Made by a program: the position numbers and the translations under genes
Shown: in pieces, positions 27,116 through 39,888 of the stretch
How positions within the stretch are numbered: the first letter of the stretch is position 1
How the letters are laid out: every line of letters begins with the position of its first letter
Origin: Candidatus Omnitrophota bacterium
GTDB lineage: Bacteria > Omnitrophota > Gorgyraeia > Zapsychrales > JBAZNR01
DNA: 64,000 nt
Direction: 5' to 3'
Assembly (NCBI GenBank): GCA_041649175.1
Contig: JBAZNR010000003.1
Span: 207,449-271,448, forward strand
The notes under the pieces: generated by a model
What the model saw: the letters and a program-made list of their open reading frames with translations, nothing else
The model's database searches: none
Told to the model about the DNA's origin: nothing

Positions 27116-28189
27116 TTGAACCTTTCCGATATTACGGTTGCAAGGGTCGTTCCGTTTTACATGATCCCTTATGGCTTAGGAGCTCTGCTTTACGCGCCGC
27201 TCACGCGTTTTTTTTCCTATCGGCTAACTTTACTGATGGCGATGATCGTTTATGCGATCGCGAGTTTGGCAGCGGGATTGAGCCAATCGCTTAATTTCAT
27301 GCTTTTTTCGCTTGTGGCAGCCGGGGCAGCCGGGGCCAGCTCAACACCGTTAAGCTTAATGTTGATCGGCGATCTTTTTGAGAAAAATATCCGCGGACGG
27401 ATGATCGGAGGATTTTTTGGATTAAGTTTTCTTTCGTCATTGGCCGGAATGATCGTGATGGGTATTTTTGATTGGCGCTGGCTTTTTTTTGTTCCGGCGG
27501 TCGTTGCGGCCATCAACGCTTTATCCTGGGCGGCCTTAAACCAAAAACTTTTAAACTCCTGCCATCAGAAAAATATCAATTATATTACCGCGTTTTTAAA
27601 GCCTGATATCCGCAACATTTTTATTTTTATTTTCATTACCAGCTTTTTATATCATGGCGTGCAAAAATGGTACGGTGTTTATCTTTCGCAGGAATACGGC
27701 TTTGGCAAAGAGCTGGTGAGCTTTGTCCTTATTGCCGCCGCGCTTTGCGGGCTTTTGGGCCAGCAGATCGGCGGATTTTTATCGGATAAACGGGGAAGGT
27801 TATTCGCCTGCTACACAGGGCTAGCTATTTTGGCGGTTGGTATTATGCTTTTATCCGGGCATTATCCGTTCGCGCTTTTGACGTTTGTTTTAGGCCTGAT
27901 CACGATCGGCTGGACGGTGTGCCATAATTCGGTTTCCACTATTCTTACCGATTTTCCCGATGAAGACCGTCCGATCATGGCCAGCCTTAATTCCGGCGTG
28001 CGCTTTGTCAGCGGCGGTTTAGGATTTTCTTTGAGTAAATATTTTGTGGAGAAAAGTTTTAGCTTAACATTTTTAGCATTTGGTGCTTTAATATTCTTAT
28101 TAATATTCTACGTAAAATTGATATTAGAGCGAAGCGTTATCAAAAATGAAACAACACATGACATCATTGGAGGGGAATTGAATGGATAA
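27116..28189 (+). CDS. MFS transporter (true N-terminus probably about 35 codons upstream at a non-canonical start)
   Basis: Hydrophobic helices throughout. The in-frame upstream sequence encodes a typical MFS TM1 (...IIFISLCLGNIAVSFNNGAVAAAIPTIAQSL...) but contains no ATG/GTG/TTG. Confidence 0.55.
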   Translation: MNLSDITVARVVPFYMIPYGLGALLYAPLTRFFSYRLTLLMAMIVYAIASLAAGLSQSLNFMLFSLVAAGAAGASSTPLSLMLIGDLFEKNIRGRMIGGFFGLSFLSSLAGMIVMGIFDWRWLFFVPAVVAAINALSWAALNQKLLNSCHQKNINYITAFLKPDIRNIFIFIFITSFLYHGVQKWYGVYLSQEYGFGKELVSFVLIAAALCGLLGQQIGGFLSDKRGRLFACYTGLAILAVGIMLLSGHYPFALLTFVLGLITIGWTVCHNSVSTILTDFPDEDRPIMASLNSGVRFVSGGLGFSLSKYFVEKSFSLTFLAFGALIFLLIFYVKLILERSVIKNETTHDIIGGELNG

Positions 28190-28955
28190 TTTGAAAGGAA
28201 AAACGGCGGTGATCACCGGGGCTAGTCGCGGCATAGGAAAGGCGATCGCGCTGCGATTGGCGGAAAAAGGAATTAATCTCGTGTTGGCCGCGCGCACCAA
28301 AGACACTTTGGATGAGGCGGTTAAGGATATTAAAGCCAAAACCGGCGTTAAAGTGATCGGAGTTCCGACGGATGTGGCCAAGCTCGAGGATCTAAAAAAT
28401 TTAACCGAAGCCGCTTATAAAGAGTTTAAAGTTGTGGATATTTTGGTCAATTGCGCCGGAGTTTCCAGTCAATTTCCGTTTGAAAAACAACCCATAGAAG
28501 ACATGGAAAAACTCGCGCATACCAATTATTTGGGCTATGTGCGGCTTATCCGTTTACTTATTCCGCAAATGATCGAGCGCAAAAAAGGTTCCATTATCAG
28601 CGTCGTGTCGGGTTCAACACTGGTAGATCCGATCCCGCGCACGTTTTTAACGTATAGTTCTTTAAAAGTGGGCTTACGCGCTTTTTTAAAAGGATTGTTT
28701 TGGGAAATGCGCGATCACGGAATCAAGGTCACATCCATTTTGCCCGGTGTGGTGGATAGCGACTTAACGGGGCATTTGCAAGATATTGCCAAAGAGCAAA
28801 AAGATCGTTTGATGTCGCCCTCTGCTGTGGCTGATATGGTGGAATACGCGCTGTCCGTTCCGGAAAATGCCTGCCCGCTGGAATTAGCGGTCATCAATCA
28901 GCAAACGCCGTGGACGAAGCCAGTCATAGACTACAAACAACAACAGGCGAAATAA
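28182..28955 (+). CDS. Short-chain dehydrogenase/reductase (ketoreductase-like)
   Basis: 'TGASRGIGKAIA' Rossmann motif; the YxxxK context has Y replaced ('SSLKVGLRA'); 'NCAG'; 257 aa. Confidence 0.7.
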   Translation: MDNLKGKTAVITGASRGIGKAIALRLAEKGINLVLAARTKDTLDEAVKDIKAKTGVKVIGVPTDVAKLEDLKNLTEAAYKEFKVVDILVNCAGVSSQFPFEKQPIEDMEKLAHTNYLGYVRLIRLLIPQMIERKKGSIISVVSGSTLVDPIPRTFLTYSSLKVGLRAFLKGLFWEMRDHGIKVTSILPGVVDSDLTGHLQDIAKEQKDRLMSPSAVADMVEYALSVPENACPLELAVINQQTPWTKPVIDYKQQQAK

Positions 28956-28956
28956 A

Positions 28957-29328
28957 ATGATGATGCGAAATATTTTCTTAAGTATTTTCCTTATTGTAAA
29001 TAGCGGTTGTGCGGCGGCCATTGTTGGCGGCGCGGCCGTGGGCGCTGTTGCGGTTTCCCAGGATTTTGCCACCACCTCGGTGGATGTCAATTACAAAAGA
29101 GCCTGGAGCATTGCTAATGAACAATTAAAAAAGATCGGGGAAGCGAAGCGCACATTCCAAAAGATCGGCGAGATCAATGCCATCGTGGAAGGCTCAACCG
29201 TGCGCGTGAAGATCTCAAAGCTGACCGAGCGCACCGTAGATATAAAGGTGTCCGCTCGAAAAAATATGCTGCCGAATACAGAACTGGCGCAGACGATTCT
29301 TGCGGCAATTCTACGTAAACTTCAATGA
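28957..29328 (+). CDS. Lipoprotein, hypothetical
   Basis: Lipobox 'VNSGC'. Confidence 0.45.
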   Translation: MMMRNIFLSIFLIVNSGCAAAIVGGAAVGAVAVSQDFATTSVDVNYKRAWSIANEQLKKIGEAKRTFQKIGEINAIVEGSTVRVKISKLTERTVDIKVSARKNMLPNTELAQTILAAILRKLQ

Positions 29329-29332
29329 GCAA

Positions 29333-29600
29333 GCCCAGCACTAATTTTGCCATGTATTATGTATACGTATTAAGAAGCAAAGCTGACAACCAATTGTACT
29401 ACGGCTATACCAATAATATCGAAAGGCGATTTGCGGAACACAATATAGATTTTGAATGGGATTTGATTTATTATGAAGCTTTCTTCTCTGAAAAAGATGC
29501 GCGGTTACGAGAGCGAAAGCTAAAAGATTATGGGCAATCAAGAACTCATCTTAAAAATAGAATTCAACATTCTTTGAAAAGACAAAATTAGTGCTGGGCA
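29333..29600. repeat. Pair of perfect 16-bp inverted repeats (gcccagcactaatttt / aaaattagtgctgggc) bracketing the GIY-YIG ORF; identical to the rrn terminator stem arms
   Basis: Left arm 29333-29348, right arm 29584-29599; the same arms form the hairpin at 37731-37770. Confidence 0.85.
29352..29591 (+). CDS. Small GIY-YIG nuclease-family protein (COG2827/UPF0213-like)
   Basis: 'YYVYVLRS...QLYYGYTNNIERRFAEHN' GIY-YIG motif; about 80 aa; the ATG at 29352 is preferred. Confidence 0.75.
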   Translation: MYYVYVLRSKADNQLYYGYTNNIERRFAEHNIDFEWDLIYYEAFFSEKDARLRERKLKDYGQSRTHLKNRIQHSLKRQN

Positions 29601-29630
29601 TTTCCGGAAATAAAAAAACGGAGAAATGAA

Positions 29631-29864
29631 ATGGACAAAACAGTTAAGGTTTTTAAGAAAAACAAGTTTCAGGAAATTCGCGTTGGGATCAGGGAATTTA
29701 AGGGCAATGATTTGATCGACATCCGCACCTGGACGCAAACGCAAGGAACCGAAGAAATGGTTCCCACCGCCAAAGGTGTGTCGCTTAACATCAGCCTTTT
29801 AAACGAACTCAAAGACGCGCTGGTGCAGGTTGAGAAGGAATTAAAAGAAAGCAGAATGATTTAA
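29631..29864 (+). CDS. PC4-like transcriptional coactivator / ssDNA-binding protein (YdbC-like)
   Basis: 'EIRVGIREFKGNDLIDIRTWTQTQGTEEMVPTAKGVSLNISLLNEL' matches the bacterial PC4 pattern. Confidence 0.55.
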   Translation: MDKTVKVFKKNKFQEIRVGIREFKGNDLIDIRTWTQTQGTEEMVPTAKGVSLNISLLNELKDALVQVEKELKESRMI

Positions 29865-29915
29865 TTTGCCCATACAACTTTTATATTAGAAAAGGCAAAT
29901 CAAGAAGGGAATTAA

Positions 29916-31169
29916 ATGTTGAAAAAAATCGTTTTGTTTAGAGGGATTATTATTTCTGGAGCTATCTTGTTTCTTGGTGGCTTGACTGCCTTTAGTCAAG
30001 ATGCACCTAAGATGGATAAAGTGGATTTTGTTAAGAAAATTAAGGAAGTGAATGCGATCTACACGAGGTTACAAGAAAGCCAGCCGAATCTTTATTTTGA
30101 GAAGAATTTCAACCATTCGACCGTTGGAACTACTTATCGTAAAGGGAAGTATCTTGTTAAAAAAATGTGCTCTCAGTCGACATCTGGACAGACTGCTTGC
30201 TTTCCTTTAATAATTAATATTATCGATCCAGATAAAAGTTTACGCGACATCTATCCCTCTAAGGTGTTTTGCTCATCAACAAGTTCCTCTGTGCCAGGTG
30301 AAAAACTGGCTCCATTTTCTACTTGTCTCGATGGAGGACAGCTGTTTATTTTTCCTGGCGCAACGGATGATTTCAAGCTACTTCGTTTTCATGAAGATGA
30401 CTTATATGACAATCGTAATGTTTGGATTACAGAATTTATTTCTGAAGGCAGTATAAATAAATATGTGTTCGATCAAGAAACAGGTTTGTGTCTCTTGGAA
30501 CAAGAAGCAAGTAAGGATGGAATGATTTTAAATGTAATATCTAGAGAAAATATAACAACAAATTCATCTAAAGATCCAGTAAATCTCGATGGGATTATTG
30601 GGGAGAAATTGACAGAGTATCAGCGCCAAAAGATAGCACAAGACAAGAGTGTAAAAAGATCCCAGAAAGAATCCACAAACACATTTTGGTTTTCTTTAGC
30701 TCTGATAATTCTTTTTACCACAATATATCTTCTGCAAATGAGAACTTTCTATAAAAGCTGGCTTTTTATTCTATTGTTTTGGGTTGTGGGGGGCGTTGAT
30801 ATTCTTTTGGGTGGGTTTTGCGCATTGGTAGTTATTTTCTCACTATTAGCTAACTCATCTCTGAGCGGTATTGGAGGCGCGATACTGCCGATTTATGTTG
30901 GAATTGCGTTTTTTTTGTTAGCAGGCATAGGACTCTTTGCAAAGAATAGCTTTTTAAGGAAAATCAGTTGGTGGCTTCATATCGCTTCCTCTTTAATTGT
31001 AGTTTTTTTGACTTTCATTGCATGGATATCTTTAGGTCAAGACGCAGATATCTTTGCAATTCTTATTTGGCCTTTTGGCTGGGCAATCTTTACTGCTATT
31101 CTTTTCTTAACACCGACTATTACAAAGTATTTCTTTGAAGACTCTTCTGAGAAATCACCTAAAGCTTAA
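29916..31169 (+). CDS. Membrane protein: secreted N-terminal domain plus C-terminal multi-TM region, hypothetical
   Basis: Signal peptide, soluble domain of about 240 aa, then 5-6 TM helices. Confidence 0.4.
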   Translation: MLKKIVLFRGIIISGAILFLGGLTAFSQDAPKMDKVDFVKKIKEVNAIYTRLQESQPNLYFEKNFNHSTVGTTYRKGKYLVKKMCSQSTSGQTACFPLIINIIDPDKSLRDIYPSKVFCSSTSSSVPGEKLAPFSTCLDGGQLFIFPGATDDFKLLRFHEDDLYDNRNVWITEFISEGSINKYVFDQETGLCLLEQEASKDGMILNVISRENITTNSSKDPVNLDGIIGEKLTEYQRQKIAQDKSVKRSQKESTNTFWFSLALIILFTTIYLLQMRTFYKSWLFILLFWVVGGVDILLGGFCALVVIFSLLANSSLSGIGGAILPIYVGIAFFLLAGIGLFAKNSFLRKISWWLHIASSLIVVFLTFIAWISLGQDADIFAILIWPFGWAIFTAILFLTPTITKYFFEDSSEKSPKA

Positions 31170-31178
31170 AACTGAAAT

Positions 31179-32096
31179 ATGCTAAAAATCATCGACTCAC
31201 ATTCCCATTGTATTCCCCTCGAAGTTGCGCAGAAGACTGCTTTTTTTAAAGTTGGTTGGTCGGATGCGGATAAGCAATTGGCGGCGATGGATGAACAGGG
31301 CATCGCGAGGTCGCTTCTTTTGTATCCAACGAGCGATGCCCATATTCAAATGGGCGGATGGAAAAACCTGGCGGAAGCTTATAATGCCGGTATCGCCAAA
31401 ATCGTTAAGCAACATTCCGATCGGTTTATCGGTGCCGGAATATTAGCGATCGATAATGAAAAAAATCTTTCCGAAAGCTTAAAGCAATTTTCCGATTACG
31501 GCTTTCCGGTTATTTCACTTGCGTCGAGCTATGAAGGGAAGTATTTGGATGAAGGGATTTTTTTCGCTGTGTATGAATATGCCGCGGCGAAAAAAATCCC
31601 TATTCATATTCATCCGCAAATTATGAATCCTATCGGCGAAGACCGCGTGCGCGACCCGCTTCTTTCTCCGGTTCTTGAATATGTTTTTGATGTTTCCATG
31701 TGTATCGGAAAACTGATGATGAGTGGGACATTTTTGAAATTTCCTTCCGTGAAATTTATCTTCGCGCATTACGGCGGCGTCCTTCCTTTAGTTAAAGAAC
31801 GTTTTGATAATACTTATTTAATGCTTCGCAAAAGAGAATTTGTTAAAGATTTGGGAAAAGTTCCCAGCGAATATTTAAAAAATATTTATTTTGATACCAG
31901 CGGCTCCAAATCGCTTGCGTCACTTTTATGCGCGCTGGAAGTAACTGATGCTTCGCATATTTTATGGGGAAGTGATCATCCGGCCAATCAAAATACAAAA
32001 GCTTCCATTGATGCGATTTTGGCTTCACAAATCTCATCTTCGGATAAAGAAAAAATTCTTTCTCAGAATATTTTAAGCTTACTTTCGCGCTCTTAA
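31179..32096 (+). CDS. Amidohydrolase-2 family metal-dependent hydrolase (TIM barrel)
   Basis: N-terminal 'IIDSHSHCIP', internal 'IHIHP', 'FAHYGG', C-terminal 'WGSDHP' metal ligand pattern. Confidence 0.6.
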   Translation: MLKIIDSHSHCIPLEVAQKTAFFKVGWSDADKQLAAMDEQGIARSLLLYPTSDAHIQMGGWKNLAEAYNAGIAKIVKQHSDRFIGAGILAIDNEKNLSESLKQFSDYGFPVISLASSYEGKYLDEGIFFAVYEYAAAKKIPIHIHPQIMNPIGEDRVRDPLLSPVLEYVFDVSMCIGKLMMSGTFLKFPSVKFIFAHYGGVLPLVKERFDNTYLMLRKREFVKDLGKVPSEYLKNIYFDTSGSKSLASLLCALEVTDASHILWGSDHPANQNTKASIDAILASQISSSDKEKILSQNILSLLSRS

Positions 32097-32182
32097 AAAC
32101 CGCTTATTTTCTCCTCGAGAAATTTTCTTTTAAGTCCCTAAGTCATTGATTTGCCTATCATTTAAATTTCGGTAAATATTTC

Positions 32183-32211
32183 TTGACAAAATTAGGATGT
32201 TCTGTTATTTT
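32183..32211 (+). promoter_or_regulatory. Putative rrn promoter with an AT-rich UP-like element
   Basis: TTGACA, 17 nt, TATTTT, preceded by tttaaatttcggtaaatattt. Confidence 0.4.
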
Positions 32212-32371
32212 TGTTGAACCTCGTAAGACATCTTATCTTTTGGGGCGTTCTTCAAGTTCTTAAAAAAATATTTAGAATCTTTTGGAATGAAATTTAAAAA
32301 AGACATTCCTTTTTTTGCGAGTGTCTTATTTTTTCGTTCTTTCTCATCTTGTTGTCATTTTAAAGCCAAGT

Positions 32372-33941
<1,570 letters not shown>

Positions 33942-34110
33942 TTTTTTTAATTCTGCGCTTGCGCAAAATTAAGAACAAGAAAGACATTAACCCGAAGTAC
34001 AGTAAGCAAATGAAGAGCAATCAATACTCTTCAATGACTTGGTTTTATTTCTTATCAAAGGCTAGCTACGGGCCCGATTTTGGGCCGATGACTAATCGGC
34101 CGAACAATTA

Positions 34111-34183
34111 GGGCCCATAGCTCATCTGGTAGAGCACCGTGCTGATAACGCGGGGGTGAGTGGTTCGAGTCCACTTGGGCCCA
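34111..34183 (+). tRNA. tRNA-Ile (anticodon GAU)
   Basis: Cloverleaf with acceptor GGGCCCA/UGGGCCC, anticodon loop cuGAUaa, T-loop GGTTCGAGTCC; CCA not encoded. Confidence 0.85.
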
Positions 34184-34291
34184 TGATTTTTGTTTGCAGT
34201 GCAAACAAAAATCACTCCGAGAGAGCGATAGCGACCGAGGAGCAACCATTAAAGATATTCGTGATAGAATATTTAATCTTATGGAATTCAC

Positions 34292-34367
34292 GGGGCTGTA
34301 GCTCAGCTGGGAGAGCACCTGCTTTGCAAGCAGGGGGTCAGGAGTTCGATCCTCCTCAGCTCCACCA
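34292..34367 (+). tRNA. tRNA-Ala (anticodon UGC)
   Basis: GGGGCUGUAGCUCAG...UUGCAA...GGUUCGAUCC...CUCCACCA; G3:U70 present; CCA encoded. Confidence 0.9.
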
Positions 34368-34560
34368 ATTTTTACTTTGATAAGATATTTAAAATAAACA
34401 GCTTTAAAAATGACAGCAGGATAAAAAGCTTTTCTTTGCATGTTATGAACACGTGCAAAATCGCTCTTTGACAATTACGCAACAAAGGTAAAGGCACACA
34501 AATAAAGCCGTATATTCATGTTTGTTTTGTCGCAAGATGAAACAAATATAATTAATTATT

Positions 34561-37536
<2,976 letters not shown>

Positions 37537-37606
37537 TGGTATTATTCTTATCATATGTGAACACAATACGGCTTTCGCTTTTGTTGCGTAATTGTCAGGA
37601 ATATTT

Positions 37607-37723
37607 CTCGGTAACATTACTAGAGGGGCAACACCCGTTCCCATACCGAATACGGAAGTTAAGCCCTCTAAGGTCGATGGTACTCTAGTCGTAAGGCTAT
37701 GGGAGAGTAGAAAGTTACCGGGT
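37607..37723 (+). rRNA. rrf: 5S ribosomal RNA
   Basis: Helix I CUCGGUAAC/GUUACCGGG; 'CCGAAUACGGAAGUUAAGC' loop C/helix III region; length about 117. Confidence 0.8.
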
Positions 37724-37730
37724 TAATTTA

Positions 37731-37776
37731 GCCCAGCACTAATTTTGACTTTGTCAAAATTAGTGCTGGGTTTTTT
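37731..37776 (+). terminator. rrn operon intrinsic terminator
   Basis: Perfect stem gcccagcactaatttt / aaaattagtgctggg with a 9-nt loop, followed by 6 T. Confidence 0.85.
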
Positions 37777-37910
37777 ATTTGCCTTCGCTGTAAAGCGAGA
37801 AGGCGAATCCCGACGAGTGTGGTGAAATTATCAAAGAGAATTTCGCCGCAGATTACGAGTCGGGGTAGTTTTGCTTAATTTCACCTTCCCAAAATTCCCA
37901 AAAAACTTCC

Positions 37911-37938
37911 TTGACAAATTACTTAGCTATGCTAATAT
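37911..37938 (+). promoter_or_regulatory. Sigma70-like promoter for the marR-tolC-RND operon
   Basis: TTGACA, 16 nt, TAATAT, about 30 nt upstream of the MarR start. Confidence 0.55.
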
Positions 37939-37966
37939 TTAGCGAAGCTAAGTACTGGAGGTTCAA

Positions 37967-38404
37967 ATGTCCCAAGCCGAAAATATCGCGAAACAAATGT
38001 CACAGCTTTTACCGACGCTTATCCGTCATATGTACCCGTATGTTTTTCAGCCTCTAAAACTTCCTCCATCCCAGGTTCTAGCCATCACGACATTGTTTGA
38101 AAAAGGGAATTGCCACTTGTGCGATCTAAGTCATGAAATGCATATCTCGGCTCCGACCGTAACCGGGATAATTAATCGCCTAGAGAAATCCGGGTATGTT
38201 AAGCGCACGGCTGATTCTAGCGACAGGCGAGCGTTTACCATTAGCCTGACAGCCAAAGGGGAAAAGATATTATTGGAATTTCGCGAGAATATCCGTAAGC
38301 GTTGGCAAGTTATTCTTAGCCAGCTTCCTCAAGATGAGCAGGAAAATATTTTAAGAACGGTGACAAAAATTACACGAGGGCTTACCCATGAAGCGGCATC
38401 ATAA
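37967..38404 (+). CDS. MarR-family transcriptional regulator
   Basis: wHTH 'LCDLSHEMHISAPTVTGIINRLEKSGYVKRTADSSDRRAFTISLTAKGE'. Confidence 0.8.
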   Translation: MSQAENIAKQMSQLLPTLIRHMYPYVFQPLKLPPSQVLAITTLFEKGNCHLCDLSHEMHISAPTVTGIINRLEKSGYVKRTADSSDRRAFTISLTAKGEKILLEFRENIRKRWQVILSQLPQDEQENILRTVTKITRGLTHEAAS

Positions 38405-39884
38405 AGTATTCATTTATTGCTTGGCCGGATTTGTTTACGGTGTTTTGCCGTGCGCCTTAGCCCAAGAGGCTTCTACCCAAGAAGTCCTTATTAGGGAAAG
38501 CTATCCCTTATCCCTGGAAGAGGCAACACAGCTGGCTTTGCGCAATAACTTTGACGTTCAGCTGGCAAAATATGACGCAAAAATTTCCCGGACCAATAAA
38601 CAATCGTCCAAATCTATTTATGATACCGTGATTGATGCCGAAATCCGTTATCAAAATGATCAAAGCAAGCGAACGTCAACTTTGATGGGAACTAAGGTCA
38701 TTGACAACGACTACAATATTGGCCTTAGCAAAAAGCTTCCGACGGGGACGACCGTCGGTGTTGATATGAACAATAACCGTAATTGGTCGAATTCTTCCTT
38801 TGTCACGTCGAGTCTAAGCCACGATTCTTCTTTGGCTGTTTCGGTCAAGCAAGCTTTGGGAAAGAATTTTTTTGGAATAGAGGACCGAAGCAATATCAAA
38901 ATGACGCTTAAGGATGTGGAAAGCGCCGAGTATGTTTCCATGGAAAAAATTGAAAATGCGGTCATTGAAGTTCAAAAAGCTTACTGGGACCTGGTTTTAG
39001 AAGCTGAGCGCTTGGGAATCGCGCAGGGAATTGCCGAAGAAGCGAAAAAACTTTATGATCTCCACGAAGAGAAGATAAAAAACGGCTTAGTAGAATATCC
39101 GGAATTGTATGCCTCTCAAGCGAATTATAAAAGACGTTTGAATGAATTAAAGATCATCCAAAATAATTTTGAAACAAAGGGAAATGTCCTTAAACTTTTA
39201 CTGAATATCCCTGATGACGCTCCGGTCATTGTTCCGCAAGACATTCTTTCTTTATCATCGGAGAAGCAATCCAATGACCAATCTTTACAGAAGGCTTTCG
39301 CAAGTCGCTATGATTATAAAAAAGCTCGTAGTGTTTTGAGCAAACAAGAAATAAAAATAACTCTCAAAGAAAATAGCCTTTGGCCGGAGATCAACTTAAC
39401 AGCTTCTTTGGCGCGAAATGGATTAGGCGATCATTTTAAACAAGCCGTCGAAGAAATATCCGAGCAAGATAATCCTAATTTAACCGCCGGCCTTACCGTC
39501 AGCTTTCCTTTAGAAAATAATAAGGCACTTGGTGAGCTTAAGGCTTCGCAGCTGGAGAAAGTTAAATCATTGCTTGAGCTTAAAAAGCTGGAACGCCATA
39601 TTATGATCGACGTGATCGACAGGGTAAGGGATTGCAATGTTTTTAATGAAGTTGCCGCGAGTCAAGTTGAAATTGCTGACATTGAACGAAGAAAATTAGA
39701 AGAAGAGCAAAAGCGTTTTAATTACGGCCGTTCTAATACGGATACCATTATTCGTTTTCAACAAGACTATCTTCAATCTCAGTTCGATGCCGCTCAATCA
39801 AAATTTAATTATTACATCTCCTTGATCAATTTAAAGCATCAAGAGGGGTTTTTGTTAATCGATCATTTAGACAAAGAGATTTAA
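38388..39884 (+). CDS. TolC-like outer membrane efflux protein (OEP family)
   Basis: Signal peptide; two OEP-type repeats with long helical heptads; 498 aa. Confidence 0.7.
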   Translation: MKRHHKVFIYCLAGFVYGVLPCALAQEASTQEVLIRESYPLSLEEATQLALRNNFDVQLAKYDAKISRTNKQSSKSIYDTVIDAEIRYQNDQSKRTSTLMGTKVIDNDYNIGLSKKLPTGTTVGVDMNNNRNWSNSSFVTSSLSHDSSLAVSVKQALGKNFFGIEDRSNIKMTLKDVESAEYVSMEKIENAVIEVQKAYWDLVLEAERLGIAQGIAEEAKKLYDLHEEKIKNGLVEYPELYASQANYKRRLNELKIIQNNFETKGNVLKLLLNIPDDAPVIVPQDILSLSSEKQSNDQSLQKAFASRYDYKKARSVLSKQEIKITLKENSLWPEINLTASLARNGLGDHFKQAVEEISEQDNPNLTAGLTVSFPLENNKALGELKASQLEKVKSLLELKKLERHIMIDVIDRVRDCNVFNEVAASQVEIADIERRKLEEEQKRFNYGRSNTDTIIRFQQDYLQSQFDAAQSKFNYYISLINLKHQEGFLLIDHLDKEI

Positions 39885-39888
39885 GGCA

